Below the pieces are notes generated by a model. It was given only the letters and a program-made list of their open reading frames with translations. It was not told the origin of the DNA and did not search any database. Shown piece by piece: positions 39,501 to 46,273 of a stretch of 64,000 nucleotides of DNA. The translations under genes were made by a program, and so were the position numbers. The first letter of the stretch is position 1; each line of letters opens with the position of its first letter. Source of the stretch: an uncultured Erysipelotrichaceae bacterium (GTDB lineage: Bacteria > Bacillota_I > Bacilli_A > RF39 > UBA660); the NCBI GenBank assembly GCA_902794075.1, contig CADBGE010000001.1, positions 8,437 through 72,436 of the forward strand, given 5' to 3'.

Positions 39501-39622
39501 ACAATGACGAATGGATAAATGCATCAGGCTATTATGATAATGAACTTAAAACACTTTTCTTTGATTCTCCATTATTAGTAAACATCGTTATTAAAGGCAC
39601 ATCAACAAGTATTTACTTGTAA
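36512..39622 (+). CDS. giant Asn/Tyr/Ile-rich protein (virion structural candidate)
   Basis: 1036-aa uninterrupted ORF directly downstream of the 1309-aa ORF; no motif recognised. Confidence 0.35.
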   Translation: MPINNINTLQNYEDLKYTVELAKQDQNNNLDTDYYIHALANLEQRNEYRYSNGIKYGILTYDRDITVGINDVNSNDHLVNDEIAATTTLLELNNDMSFDIIVNNIETYLKHSQIYNDGSSIKSLLFGKILGSDDSENASNVEIQYTDIDLNEHILKEAYRAFHLDDPTNDNIYILIHLKLNETTLNEHIYKLMVYKLSIPINSENFKNVFKATTYAQNSISDVFGEKLTVGSTQLFDELISSCGVYTVETIENNYTLECTYDTIEEHLLKISDKSLMSDSYNKINELLYFNYYNISQYVNALNNDLTMTYPNILKYYSVKQFNSNNNTLKEMIAKTLYNEIYNSLTEIQKRSATLFIPKNTVITYVSNVENSLQIYYTDDIYIYFTNNSDVNIETNKNVEGIKFYYSGIDKTIIYNIYTKYNTKYTELVDCFKVNKKYVLPYIDDSHLWNINDNQTTIYASGESAGNPNIFIIRTYLDDKNNIKQAQLNRTDIQQNLLTYAYKRQNIRYYNSGTEATKDYTYIFAVPIINSKSIDKLKYATLFVMSNVVVSGKDKNNNVIYKPGPSVTTIWAINDNTTSNQSEFIIVTNDGTERGTPITFEDMFGIDELIYRRFVEYGHNANVFDDMIAIKLPKNIINGSEPKPNYNYFSIERNPILKIDGISETDESSYNYNLVEMKINDTLNYHDFSYATDTYYTGNRKLMNIWADNGKKVSQPYTVEYKNNVASETHILRAGALSSESTSAGITEQTVISSNDDHSIKTDENSTSVVLNKIDVNEYLPQSYVPILKESNIFHQDNNIINRTNIYSFNDQGKIYYAYIGTSCESGNKNVLHIGTSDFAHMVNLGKESLVTDDDSNNIFNKTDGLSIDFTYTYINSKVTNIEYLKTKYNISKNEYISSGEHVKVITLPLYYIHNEYNEGGNQKNIIVNVITENITDNPIVEITHNNVTLQSNRNDNCRFIKISLSSGNKDFGKYITNTYPELKGMIGNLSEVQTVNNDEWINASGYYDNELKTLFFDSPLLVNIVIKGTSTSIYL

Positions 39623-39659
39623 TAGATATACATATACAATAATACATATACTTTTTAAT

Positions 39660-40184
39660 ATGACAAAAATTTTTATAATTGGCCATAGAAATATTGATAC
39701 TTTGAACATAGGACTACGGATTCAGTCAAAGGATGATTCAATAACCGTCTCTCCAAGATTCACAACAAATAGTGATGAGGTCACAGAATATAAATATTTT
39801 TTAGATAAGGAGACTGTTAACATAAGTTATAAGAATAATGCCATCATAACTATAACAACAGATGACAATGAGTCTAATGGAATAGTTTATGATGATTATT
39901 ATAATAACGATATTTTCTGCATGAATCTAAATGAGTTCAATATAATTCCAGATAAATTGTTTGAGGAAACTCCAGAAAAGGACATACTTGTCGTTTGGGT
40001 AGATTCTTCAACAAATGTTCCGAAGTCTGACATAAATGAAGTGAACTATCTTGAAGATAGAATATCTAATTTAAATTATATGTATTTTTGTAATGAGGAT
40101 CCTGACACAATATCTGATATAGTAATAAAATATTTTTATTCTGACCAATTTGAAAGAGAAGAAATTCTAAAAGATCTTTTGTAA
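39660..40184 (+). CDS. hypothetical protein
   Basis: 174-aa ORF followed by a strong hairpin. Only a loose resemblance to the guanylate-kinase fold, with a degenerate P-loop (see rejected list). Confidence 0.3.
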   Translation: MTKIFIIGHRNIDTLNIGLRIQSKDDSITVSPRFTTNSDEVTEYKYFLDKETVNISYKNNAIITITTDDNESNGIVYDDYYNNDIFCMNLNEFNIIPDKLFEETPEKDILVVWVDSSTNVPKSDINEVNYLEDRISNLNYMYFCNEDPDTISDIVIKYFYSDQFEREEILKDLL

Positions 40185-40200
40185 AAAAGATCTTTTTATT
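40169..40200 (+). terminator. rho-independent terminator candidate
   Basis: aaaagatctttt (40169..40180) pairs with the second copy at 40185..40196: 12-bp stem, loop gtaa, then T-rich sequence. Confidence 0.5.
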
Positions 40201-40317
40201 ATTTTTATTATACATTTTTTACATATTTTTGAATTTTGTATCAGTTCATAATTATTTTATATTATAAAACATATAGTAAGACATAAAAATGTCAAAAATT
40301 AAACTTTATTAAACAAT

Positions 40318-40938
40318 ATGACTGAGGATTTTAATATAACTGGTACATGGGTAAATCGTTTAACCGGCGATAAGATTGTTGTTAGGAACACAATTATTGA
40401 TGGCGATGATATGATAATAATCTGCGCGGATGGACGACAATTAAAAATGTCTGAATTTCAAAATTATATACAAATGTCTGATGAAAAATCAAATGGAATT
40501 GATGATACATTATCATTAGGAGACATTCGAGGAATTGAAAATGAACGAAGAGTCGTAGTTGGTAATTATAATGCACATACTAATGATCGTTATGTTATTA
40601 ATAATGATCGTACAATGATGAATAATATAATAAATGATTATGATCCACCAAAGTCTAACAAAGAATTCGTTGAAGATGCTATTAATAGAAAAGGAAGTGA
40701 AAAAATGAATGAAAGTGAAAAAATGTTGAGTAAGTTATTTGAAAAGATAGATTTGGACGTTGATTTGAAAATTAATTTGAACTGTAGTAATTTCCCAGTT
40801 AAGGAGTTAAACATGTTACAGACAATATATGATGTAACAGTAGATGATATAAGTAATTATATAATAAAGAATATTTTAAATTTTGACGTATTTAAATCAG
40901 CAATCACGGAATATGTCAATGAACAGCTTACAAATTAA
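40318..40938 (+). CDS. hypothetical protein
   Basis: 206-aa ORF; no motif recognised. Confidence 0.3.
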   Translation: MTEDFNITGTWVNRLTGDKIVVRNTIIDGDDMIIICADGRQLKMSEFQNYIQMSDEKSNGIDDTLSLGDIRGIENERRVVVGNYNAHTNDRYVINNDRTMMNNIINDYDPPKSNKEFVEDAINRKGSEKMNESEKMLSKLFEKIDLDVDLKINLNCSNFPVKELNMLQTIYDVTVDDISNYIIKNILNFDVFKSAITEYVNEQLTN

Positions 40939-40956
40939 TAGAGTGGTATATGCTAT

Positions 40957-41205
40957 ATGAAAGATAATGATATTGTCCAATATTTGGACAGAATCGTAAA
41001 CAATGATAAATATGTTGAAGAATGCCAGAAATTCATACTAGATAAATTTAATGTAAAAAGTGAGTATGACAAAGAAACAGGCACTATTTATATATGGACA
41101 CCAAATGTATATGAAAGTCTAAATGTTGGATATGCATCAGATTATTTAAGAAATACATTTTCTCCAGAAATGCTTAACATTGTTTATGGTTTGAAAAAGA
41201 ACTAA
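40957..41205 (+). CDS. hypothetical protein
   Basis: 82-aa ORF, last of the plus-strand block, followed by hairpins. Confidence 0.3.
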   Translation: MKDNDIVQYLDRIVNNDKYVEECQKFILDKFNVKSEYDKETGTIYIWTPNVYESLNVGYASDYLRNTFSPEMLNIVYGLKKN

Positions 41206-41292
41206 AAATATGTGGCCGTTTTTCACAAAGCAGCCACATAACAAAATAAACTTTAAGATTATGACTAAAGAATGGGTACCCATTTAAAAATA

Positions 41293-41323
41293 AAAATTCT
41301 GAACCTTTATGATTCAGAATTTT
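41293..41323. terminator. bidirectional rho-independent terminator
   Basis: aaaattctgaa (41293..41303) pairs with ttcagaatttt (41313..41323). The A-run and T-run flanks allow function on both strands in a convergent gap. Confidence 0.55.
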
Positions 41324-41360
41324 TTGTGTATATTATGTTATATATTAAAAAATGTTAAAA

Positions 41361-41484
41361 TATACTATGTATCTTAGAACATCTTAGACTATATCTAGAT
41401 CATCATCTAGTAACTTTTTATAATCATTTTAATAAATTATATAGTTGCCATTTTTGAAGATAATAGATGATGATCCATGAACTT
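41361..41484. repeat. right copy of the 124-bp long-range inverted repeat
   Basis: Reverse complement of 22933..23056 (95-bp perfect core, a 16-bp second match, and a 13-nt diverged patch). Confidence 0.95.
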
Positions 41485-41488
41485 TTTA

Positions 41489-42568
41489 TTATATGTTTTC
41501 AAGAATGTCCTCAACATCATTTGCTTTAGACTGAAGTAATGATTCTACAACACTAATGTTATTTGATATTCCAATCAAGTTATGTTTTTTCATTTCATTT
41601 AGTATCTCATCAGGATATTGCGATTTATCCAACCACACCATCTTTTTATTAAAATCAAAATGCTTCAGTATAATGTTTATGTCATCATTAATTATTCTAT
41701 TTACATATGACTTATTGTTCATTAAATTGATGAAATAGTTTTTTACTGCTTCATAATCATTTATGTCAATGTCATAATTAATGTCCTTTTTAGAAATTCT
41801 AAATTTTTTGGTTGAATCAGGATTCTTTGCATGTCTCATGGCAATTGGTAAAACATTATCTCCTAAATCTCCCATAAAAATTTTCTCAATTACTATTTCA
41901 CGAGGATTTATGTCAGTTACCTTAGATGATTTTTTAATAATGTTATTCATTATTCTTTCGTTTTCAGAATATTCATTATTAAAGAACCAATTCATTTCAC
42001 TTTCATTAGTAAGTTTTTTGAACAATCCATTATCCTTGTTCCACCATACTGTGAAACATCCATTTGAATCAGTATTTATTAATTGCTTAAGATCATTGTC
42101 CTTTGTCCATATTATAACATTTGTTCCTTGTTCATTAAGTGTCGTTGACCAATACCAAGCCCAATCATCACCTTCTACATAATGCTCATGACAAGTTGTT
42201 ATATCATTATCTTCAAGTAACTGCTGAAATTTATTGAATTTGTCAAAAACGTAATCCCAATCAATTTCATCACTATGCACACGGGTTTCTTTATATCCAA
42301 CTACTTCACATATTCCGAGTTTCTTAAGAGGCTCTTCAAGTTCACTTATATCAATGTTTTTTCTCCATGAACCTCCATCGGAAACAAAAACAATGTTATC
42401 TATATCTGAAAAATTTCTCAATACTATTTTCATTGACTTTATCATTAGTAATTCAATTTCAGAACATAGATCATCAATGTTAGTTATTTTATTTAGCAAT
42501 ACGGCCATTCTACTCATGAACAACCAATTACCGTCAACAATTAAAGTTAGTTTACTATTATTCGACAT
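41489..42568 (-). CDS. rnh: RNase H / flap endonuclease (T4 rnh-like 5'-3' exonuclease)
   Basis: PIN/FEN motifs: LTLIVDGNWLFMS, IVFVSDGGSWRK, GYKETR, IWTKDNDLKQL, and the H3TH motif GDLGDNVLP. Confidence 0.75.
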   Translation of the reverse strand: MSNNSKLTLIVDGNWLFMSRMAVLLNKITNIDDLCSEIELLMIKSMKIVLRNFSDIDNIVFVSDGGSWRKNIDISELEEPLKKLGICEVVGYKETRVHSDEIDWDYVFDKFNKFQQLLEDNDITTCHEHYVEGDDWAWYWSTTLNEQGTNVIIWTKDNDLKQLINTDSNGCFTVWWNKDNGLFKKLTNESEMNWFFNNEYSENERIMNNIIKKSSKVTDINPREIVIEKIFMGDLGDNVLPIAMRHAKNPDSTKKFRISKKDINYDIDINDYEAVKNYFINLMNNKSYVNRIINDDINIILKHFDFNKKMVWLDKSQYPDEILNEMKKHNLIGISNNISVVESLLQSKANDVEDILENI

Positions 42569-42622
42569 TATCTACTTTACATAAATTTATAATTATAAAA
42601 TATAATTTTTTTAAATAAAATT

Positions 42623-42749
42623 AAAAGTTCTGCCACAAGAAGTAACAGAACTTTACAATTAAATCAAAAGTTTTGCCACAAGAAGTAACAGAACTTTACA
42701 ATTAAATCAAAAGTTCTACTACATATGTAGCAGAACTTTGTAAAATTTT
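42623..42749. repeat. three tandem ~43-nt repeats, each a hairpin flanked by A- and T-runs
   Basis: Units at 42623..42665, 42666..42708 and 42709..42749. Units 1-2 are aaaagtt[c/t]tgccacaagaagtaacagaactttacaattaaatc (stem agttctg/cagaact). Unit 3 keeps the outer stem but has a longer stem (agttctactaca/tgtagcagaact). Confidence 0.9.
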
Positions 42750-42752
42750 CGT

Positions 42753-42988
42753 TGTGATATTATGTTGTGACTATGACTATAGCAATAACAAGAACCCCGT
42801 ATGAGCATCAATAGCAAGACGACATTCTCTAATGTCTTTCAAAGCAAAATCATTTGATTTTATGTATCTAATTGATACAAGTTTGCTCAGGGCCAGTGAA
42901 TTTTACCAGATGGTGTAGGGTTGTTAACCCCACTTACTATGAATTTCACTTTGTTAATAATTCTCTCATATGACAACATAATATCACA
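42753..42988. ncRNA. candidate structured RNA, or MITE-like element, closed by a 16-bp perfect stem
   Basis: tgtgatattatgttgt (42753..42768) is the exact reverse complement of acaacataatatcaca (42973..42988). The interior holds local hairpins (gacatt/aatgtc at 42821..42836, tgtatc/gataca at 42863..42879, gggtt/aaccc at 42918..42930). There is no ORF of 60 aa or more, and composition is less AT-rich than other intergenic DNA. Strand and class are unknown. Confidence 0.35.
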
Positions 42989-43147
42989 TTAATGTTAAGT
43001 TAGACTTTAAAAATCGTCAAGTCTTAACAAACTATTCCCCTTTGTAATGGTCATATATCTTAATTGCTATAATGAATAGAATAAAGCATATAATAAACCA
43101 AAACAGAGATTGGGAAGGTTCCCATATAGGTGTAAACCAACAAATCA

Positions 43148-44092
43148 TTACTTTTGGTTTTGAACATTATTCACAAGGTCAACAATTTCCTTAAGTTCAT
43201 TAGGAATGATGATCTTCAATTTGCGAAGTTCCTCAAGTCTCTGCATCTTCCAAGTGTTGAACAACGTTTTATATTCAGCATGTTTCTTGCTAATGTTAGC
43301 ATTGTTCATGGACTCAATCTCATTATACTTATCAAGCATAACAGTATATTGGTCATTAAGTTTCTGAACCTCGTTGTCAATATTGAACTTGATTGAGTTC
43401 AGACGCTTCTGATACTCTCGATGAAGCTCTTGCATCTCAAAAAACTTTTTCTCAATTACATCAGCAGGAATAGATGACTCATAGTTGTAGATCACAGTGC
43501 TTGACTGATAGTCCTTAACACTTGATGTTCCATGCTTCTGAAGTGCAGTAGCACGAGCTCGAGAATACTCACCATTAGGATGAATAAACTTACCGATCTT
43601 TGAACATGCTGCAAGTAAGAAAAGATATTCATTAATCTCCTTAATGGACATATTGTTCATTGCCCATTCATCAGCAGTCATAGTGATGTCATCTGGCTCA
43701 GGATTCTCAATGATATCTGCACCAAATGTGTTGAGATCGACATCAGGATAATTCTCCTTCATCCAAGTATTGAAGTTAGTTCTTTCACATTGGCTTAGAA
43801 GAGTCTCTTTCGCACGAATTGCCTCACGCATCCACGAAATAAGACCGTTAAGCTTTGATGCAATTATTTGACGCTCAATAAGTGTGTTGAGCTGAGATTC
43901 TTTAAGACCACGAGACAGAATCATTTCTGTACTGTTGTTCAATGAACTCACCTTTGTTGTAATAAAGTCAATTGAATCAGCATTAATGCCTTCCACCATT
44001 TCTTTTGCCTTGTTGGCAATGTAATTGGCTGATGTACTTGTATAACCACTTGTTCCAAAGAACTTCTCGCAATTGTCGAATTTAATGTTCAT
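43148..44092 (-). CDS. hypothetical protein (higher-GC island)
   Basis: 314-aa ORF, visibly more GC-rich than the phage backbone; TAAGATTATG start context. Confidence 0.35.
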   Translation of the reverse strand: MNIKFDNCEKFFGTSGYTSTSANYIANKAKEMVEGINADSIDFITTKVSSLNNSTEMILSRGLKESQLNTLIERQIIASKLNGLISWMREAIRAKETLLSQCERTNFNTWMKENYPDVDLNTFGADIIENPEPDDITMTADEWAMNNMSIKEINEYLFLLAACSKIGKFIHPNGEYSRARATALQKHGTSSVKDYQSSTVIYNYESSIPADVIEKKFFEMQELHREYQKRLNSIKFNIDNEVQKLNDQYTVMLDKYNEIESMNNANISKKHAEYKTLFNTWKMQRLEELRKLKIIIPNELKEIVDLVNNVQNQK

Positions 44093-44194
44093 AATCTTAA
44101 AGTTTAATTTGTTTGATTTTATTATAATATATTATAGTATCTAAGAAAAATTAAAAAATTTCACATAAAAAATTAATTAAAGTTCGATGATATA

Positions 44195-45085
44195 TTATGC
44201 TGATTCAGTTTGAACAGTCCAGCCTGTAGGAATTCCATCATTACCACTAGAAAGTGACACCATGTTAGGATGTTTGACAAATGTACCTGTTGACGAGACA
44301 TTTCTAACCCACCGCGTAGTGGCTGAAGAATCAATAATATTTGTTGCTAACATTTTAATATAATTCAATGATGTGCAGCCATCGAACATATAACAGTAGC
44401 AGCTATCAACTAATGTTGACGCAGGTAGAATAGGAGCTTTGATTAATGAAGTGCAACCACTGAACATACTACGATAACAGTTTTGCTGCAAAGATAGGGC
44501 CGGAAGTATTTTTGGTGCCGCAATTAATGATGTGCAGCCTTCGAACATATGTTCATAACAATTGTCAGTAAATGTAGTTGCTGGAAGTGATAGATTTTCT
44601 GCAGAAACTAAATTAATGTCATAGGCAAACATATAAGAAAGTAAATTAGATTTGTCTCTGATGTTCAATTTTCCCCTAAAGTTATCACCATATAACATCG
44701 AATATGGATTTCCCATTGCTTCATAACGCCCAGTTGATGTTATATATCCAAAATCAGAGGCACCATCCAATACTGCCTTGAATAAAATTTTGTTTCCTGC
44801 AGTAACAGTTGGCGTTGGAGTTTCAGATGCTATATTTACCCACGTTTTTCCGTTGTCAATAGAATAGCTAAATGATACTATAGTAAGAGATTTATTAATT
44901 TCGATTGTAAAACTAGCATCCTCAAGTGCTTTGAATGTTAAGTAGTCCTTGCTATAGTCATGTGGCTTGTTACCTGTAACTAGTGCTTCATCTCTAACAT
45001 ATGCTAACCATGGTTCTTTATAATTATTTCCATTACGCAAAGAATCATGCTCTGATTTTGTATTAAATAAATGTAGATATTCCAT
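44195..45085 (-). CDS. leucine-rich-repeat-like (BspA/LRR_5-type) protein
   Basis: About 25-aa repeats: NCYEHMFEGCTSLIAAPKILPA / NCYRSMFSGCTSLIKAPILPA / SCYCYMFDGCTSLNYIKML, typical of BspA-type LRR surface proteins of Bacteroidota and other anaerobes. Confidence 0.5.
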   Translation of the reverse strand: MEYLHLFNTKSEHDSLRNGNNYKEPWLAYVRDEALVTGNKPHDYSKDYLTFKALEDASFTIEINKSLTIVSFSYSIDNGKTWVNIASETPTPTVTAGNKILFKAVLDGASDFGYITSTGRYEAMGNPYSMLYGDNFRGKLNIRDKSNLLSYMFAYDINLVSAENLSLPATTFTDNCYEHMFEGCTSLIAAPKILPALSLQQNCYRSMFSGCTSLIKAPILPASTLVDSCYCYMFDGCTSLNYIKMLATNIIDSSATTRWVRNVSSTGTFVKHPNMVSLSSGNDGIPTGWTVQTESA

Positions 45086-45185
45086 TTTTTTTATTTAAAA
45101 ATATTTGTCAAATTACATAAAAAAATTGGCCCAAATAAGGCCAATTCAAATATTTGTCTAATCTTTTATTCTCACTTTTAAAGTA

Positions 45186-45371
45186 TTAGGCAACACTATC
45201 GACTGCAACAGAATCAACTGTTACACTGTCTACACTGTCCATAGCTACTGAATCAGTAACAACCTCAGTGCTGTCATTTGCAGTAACTTCTGTATTTGCA
45301 TTACCATTGCAGCTTACAAATGAACAACCCATCAAAATAGCGCAAACAAATCCAAAAATAGTCTTTTTCAT
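45186..45371 (-). CDS. small lipoprotein with DSV repeats
   Basis: Signal peptide MKKTIFGFVCAILMGC with a lipobox Cys; C-terminus DSVAMDSVDSVTVDSVAVDSVA. Confidence 0.5.
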   Translation of the reverse strand: MKKTIFGFVCAILMGCSFVSCNGNANTEVTANDSTEVVTDSVAMDSVDSVTVDSVAVDSVA

Positions 45372-45426
45372 AATTGTTAATAAATTTTTAATTTTTTGTT
45401 AGTTAATATTATTTATGTTACCTGCC

Positions 45427-45434
45427 CAAAAATA
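45427..45434 (-). promoter_or_regulatory. Bacteroidota-type -7 element candidate (TAnnTTTG)
   Basis: The minus strand reads tatttttg about 56 nt upstream of the lipoprotein ATG at 45371. Confidence 0.25.
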
Positions 45435-45513
45435 TTTTGGACATGATTTTTTCTTTGTACAATATAAAAATATAAAAAAGATTAGTTGAAATTCAAATAT
45501 TTTTTAGAAAAAA

Positions 45514-46194
45514 TTAATGACGTCTCCCAGAGCTTGGTTTTGACATTCCACCGCCTCCACTTGGACGATGACTTCCGCTCGGTCTTCCCATTGAACCACT
45601 GTTTGGCCTTGAGCTTGGACGTATGGTTGATGGATTATGACTTGGACGAGGTCTTCCGTTGTTTATTGTTCCATTGCCTGGTCTATTTCCATTTCCAGGT
45701 CTATTTCCATCTGGTCTTACATTATCGTGATTAGGTCTATGTCCGCCTTGACCAACTCCCGGTTTATGTCCACCAGGTTTATGGCCACCTGGATGCCCAG
45801 GACGAACTCCACCGGGGCCACCATGAGGTCTGTGATGTGGTCTGTTCCAATCATGATGATGCGGTCTAAATCTATAATCACGATAGTGGGGTGTGAAGTG
45901 ATGATAGTGATAATAATACCAATCCCATGAATATAATGTAGCATATGGGCGGAAATACCAATAGCCATTATAATAGAACGGATAATAATAAAGTCCATTA
46001 TACAAATAGTACCACAACTGCCCTTCATAATAGTATGGTGTACCGTATGTTATGATAATGTTTACATCCGCATTGTCACTGATGACATATTCTTCATCAT
46101 AAGGTTCATAAGTTGATGCATATGTTGCCGTACAAGACTGTAGACAAATCATTGCAGCAACCGATAGAATGAGTGCAAATAATAACTTTTTCAT
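45514..46194 (-). CDS. lipoprotein with Tyr/Trp-rich domain and His/Pro/Gly/Arg/Asn-rich tail
   Basis: Signal plus lipobox MKKLLFALILSVAAMICLQSC; YYYEGQLWYYLYNGLYYYPFYYNGYWYF; then HHRPHGGPGGVRPGHPGGHKPGGHKPG...GNRPGNGNRPGNG. Confidence 0.5.
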   Translation of the reverse strand: MKKLLFALILSVAAMICLQSCTATYASTYEPYDEEYVISDNADVNIIITYGTPYYYEGQLWYYLYNGLYYYPFYYNGYWYFRPYATLYSWDWYYYHYHHFTPHYRDYRFRPHHHDWNRPHHRPHGGPGGVRPGHPGGHKPGGHKPGVGQGGHRPNHDNVRPDGNRPGNGNRPGNGTINNGRPRPSHNPSTIRPSSRPNSGSMGRPSGSHRPSGGGGMSKPSSGRRH

Positions 46195-46273
46195 AATCTT
46201 CTATAATGTTATATTTGTGATATATATATATAAATATATAATATTCAATGTTCATAAAATAGAAAAAATCATA

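Noticed and set aside
39660-40184. Guanylate-kinase-like protein
   Set aside because: The order of segments (IFIIG..., TVSPRFTT, YKYF...ETV, GIVYDDY) loosely follows guanylate kinase. However, the P-loop is destroyed (GHRNIDTLN) and catalytic arginines are not identifiable, so support is insufficient.
41254-41287. 8-codon mini-ORF (MTKEWVPI) with a perfect TAAGATTATG context, just before the bidirectional terminator
   Set aside because: It is too short to call as a gene. It may be a leader peptide, a decayed gene start (it shares ATGACTAAAGAAT with the epimerase start at 50726), or chance. It is kept only as an instance of the motif.
42623-42749. CRISPR-like array
   Set aside because: The three repeats abut directly with no spacers, the unit is 43 nt including its flanks, and no cas genes or leader are present.
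45486-46028. Track ORFs 45486..45734(+), 45637..45930(+) and 45717..46028(-), which overlap the lipoprotein gene
   Set aside because: They are fully nested in the 226-aa lipoprotein ORF, which has a proper signal peptide. They arise from its repetitive, GC-richer, stop-poor sequence, and their products are low-complexity nonsense.
43148-46194. Treating elevated GC alone as proof of recent horizontal transfer
   Set aside because: Part of the shift, especially in 45514..46194, is driven by Gly/Pro/Arg/His-rich protein composition. GC was judged by eye only, so it is reported as a lead rather than a conclusion.
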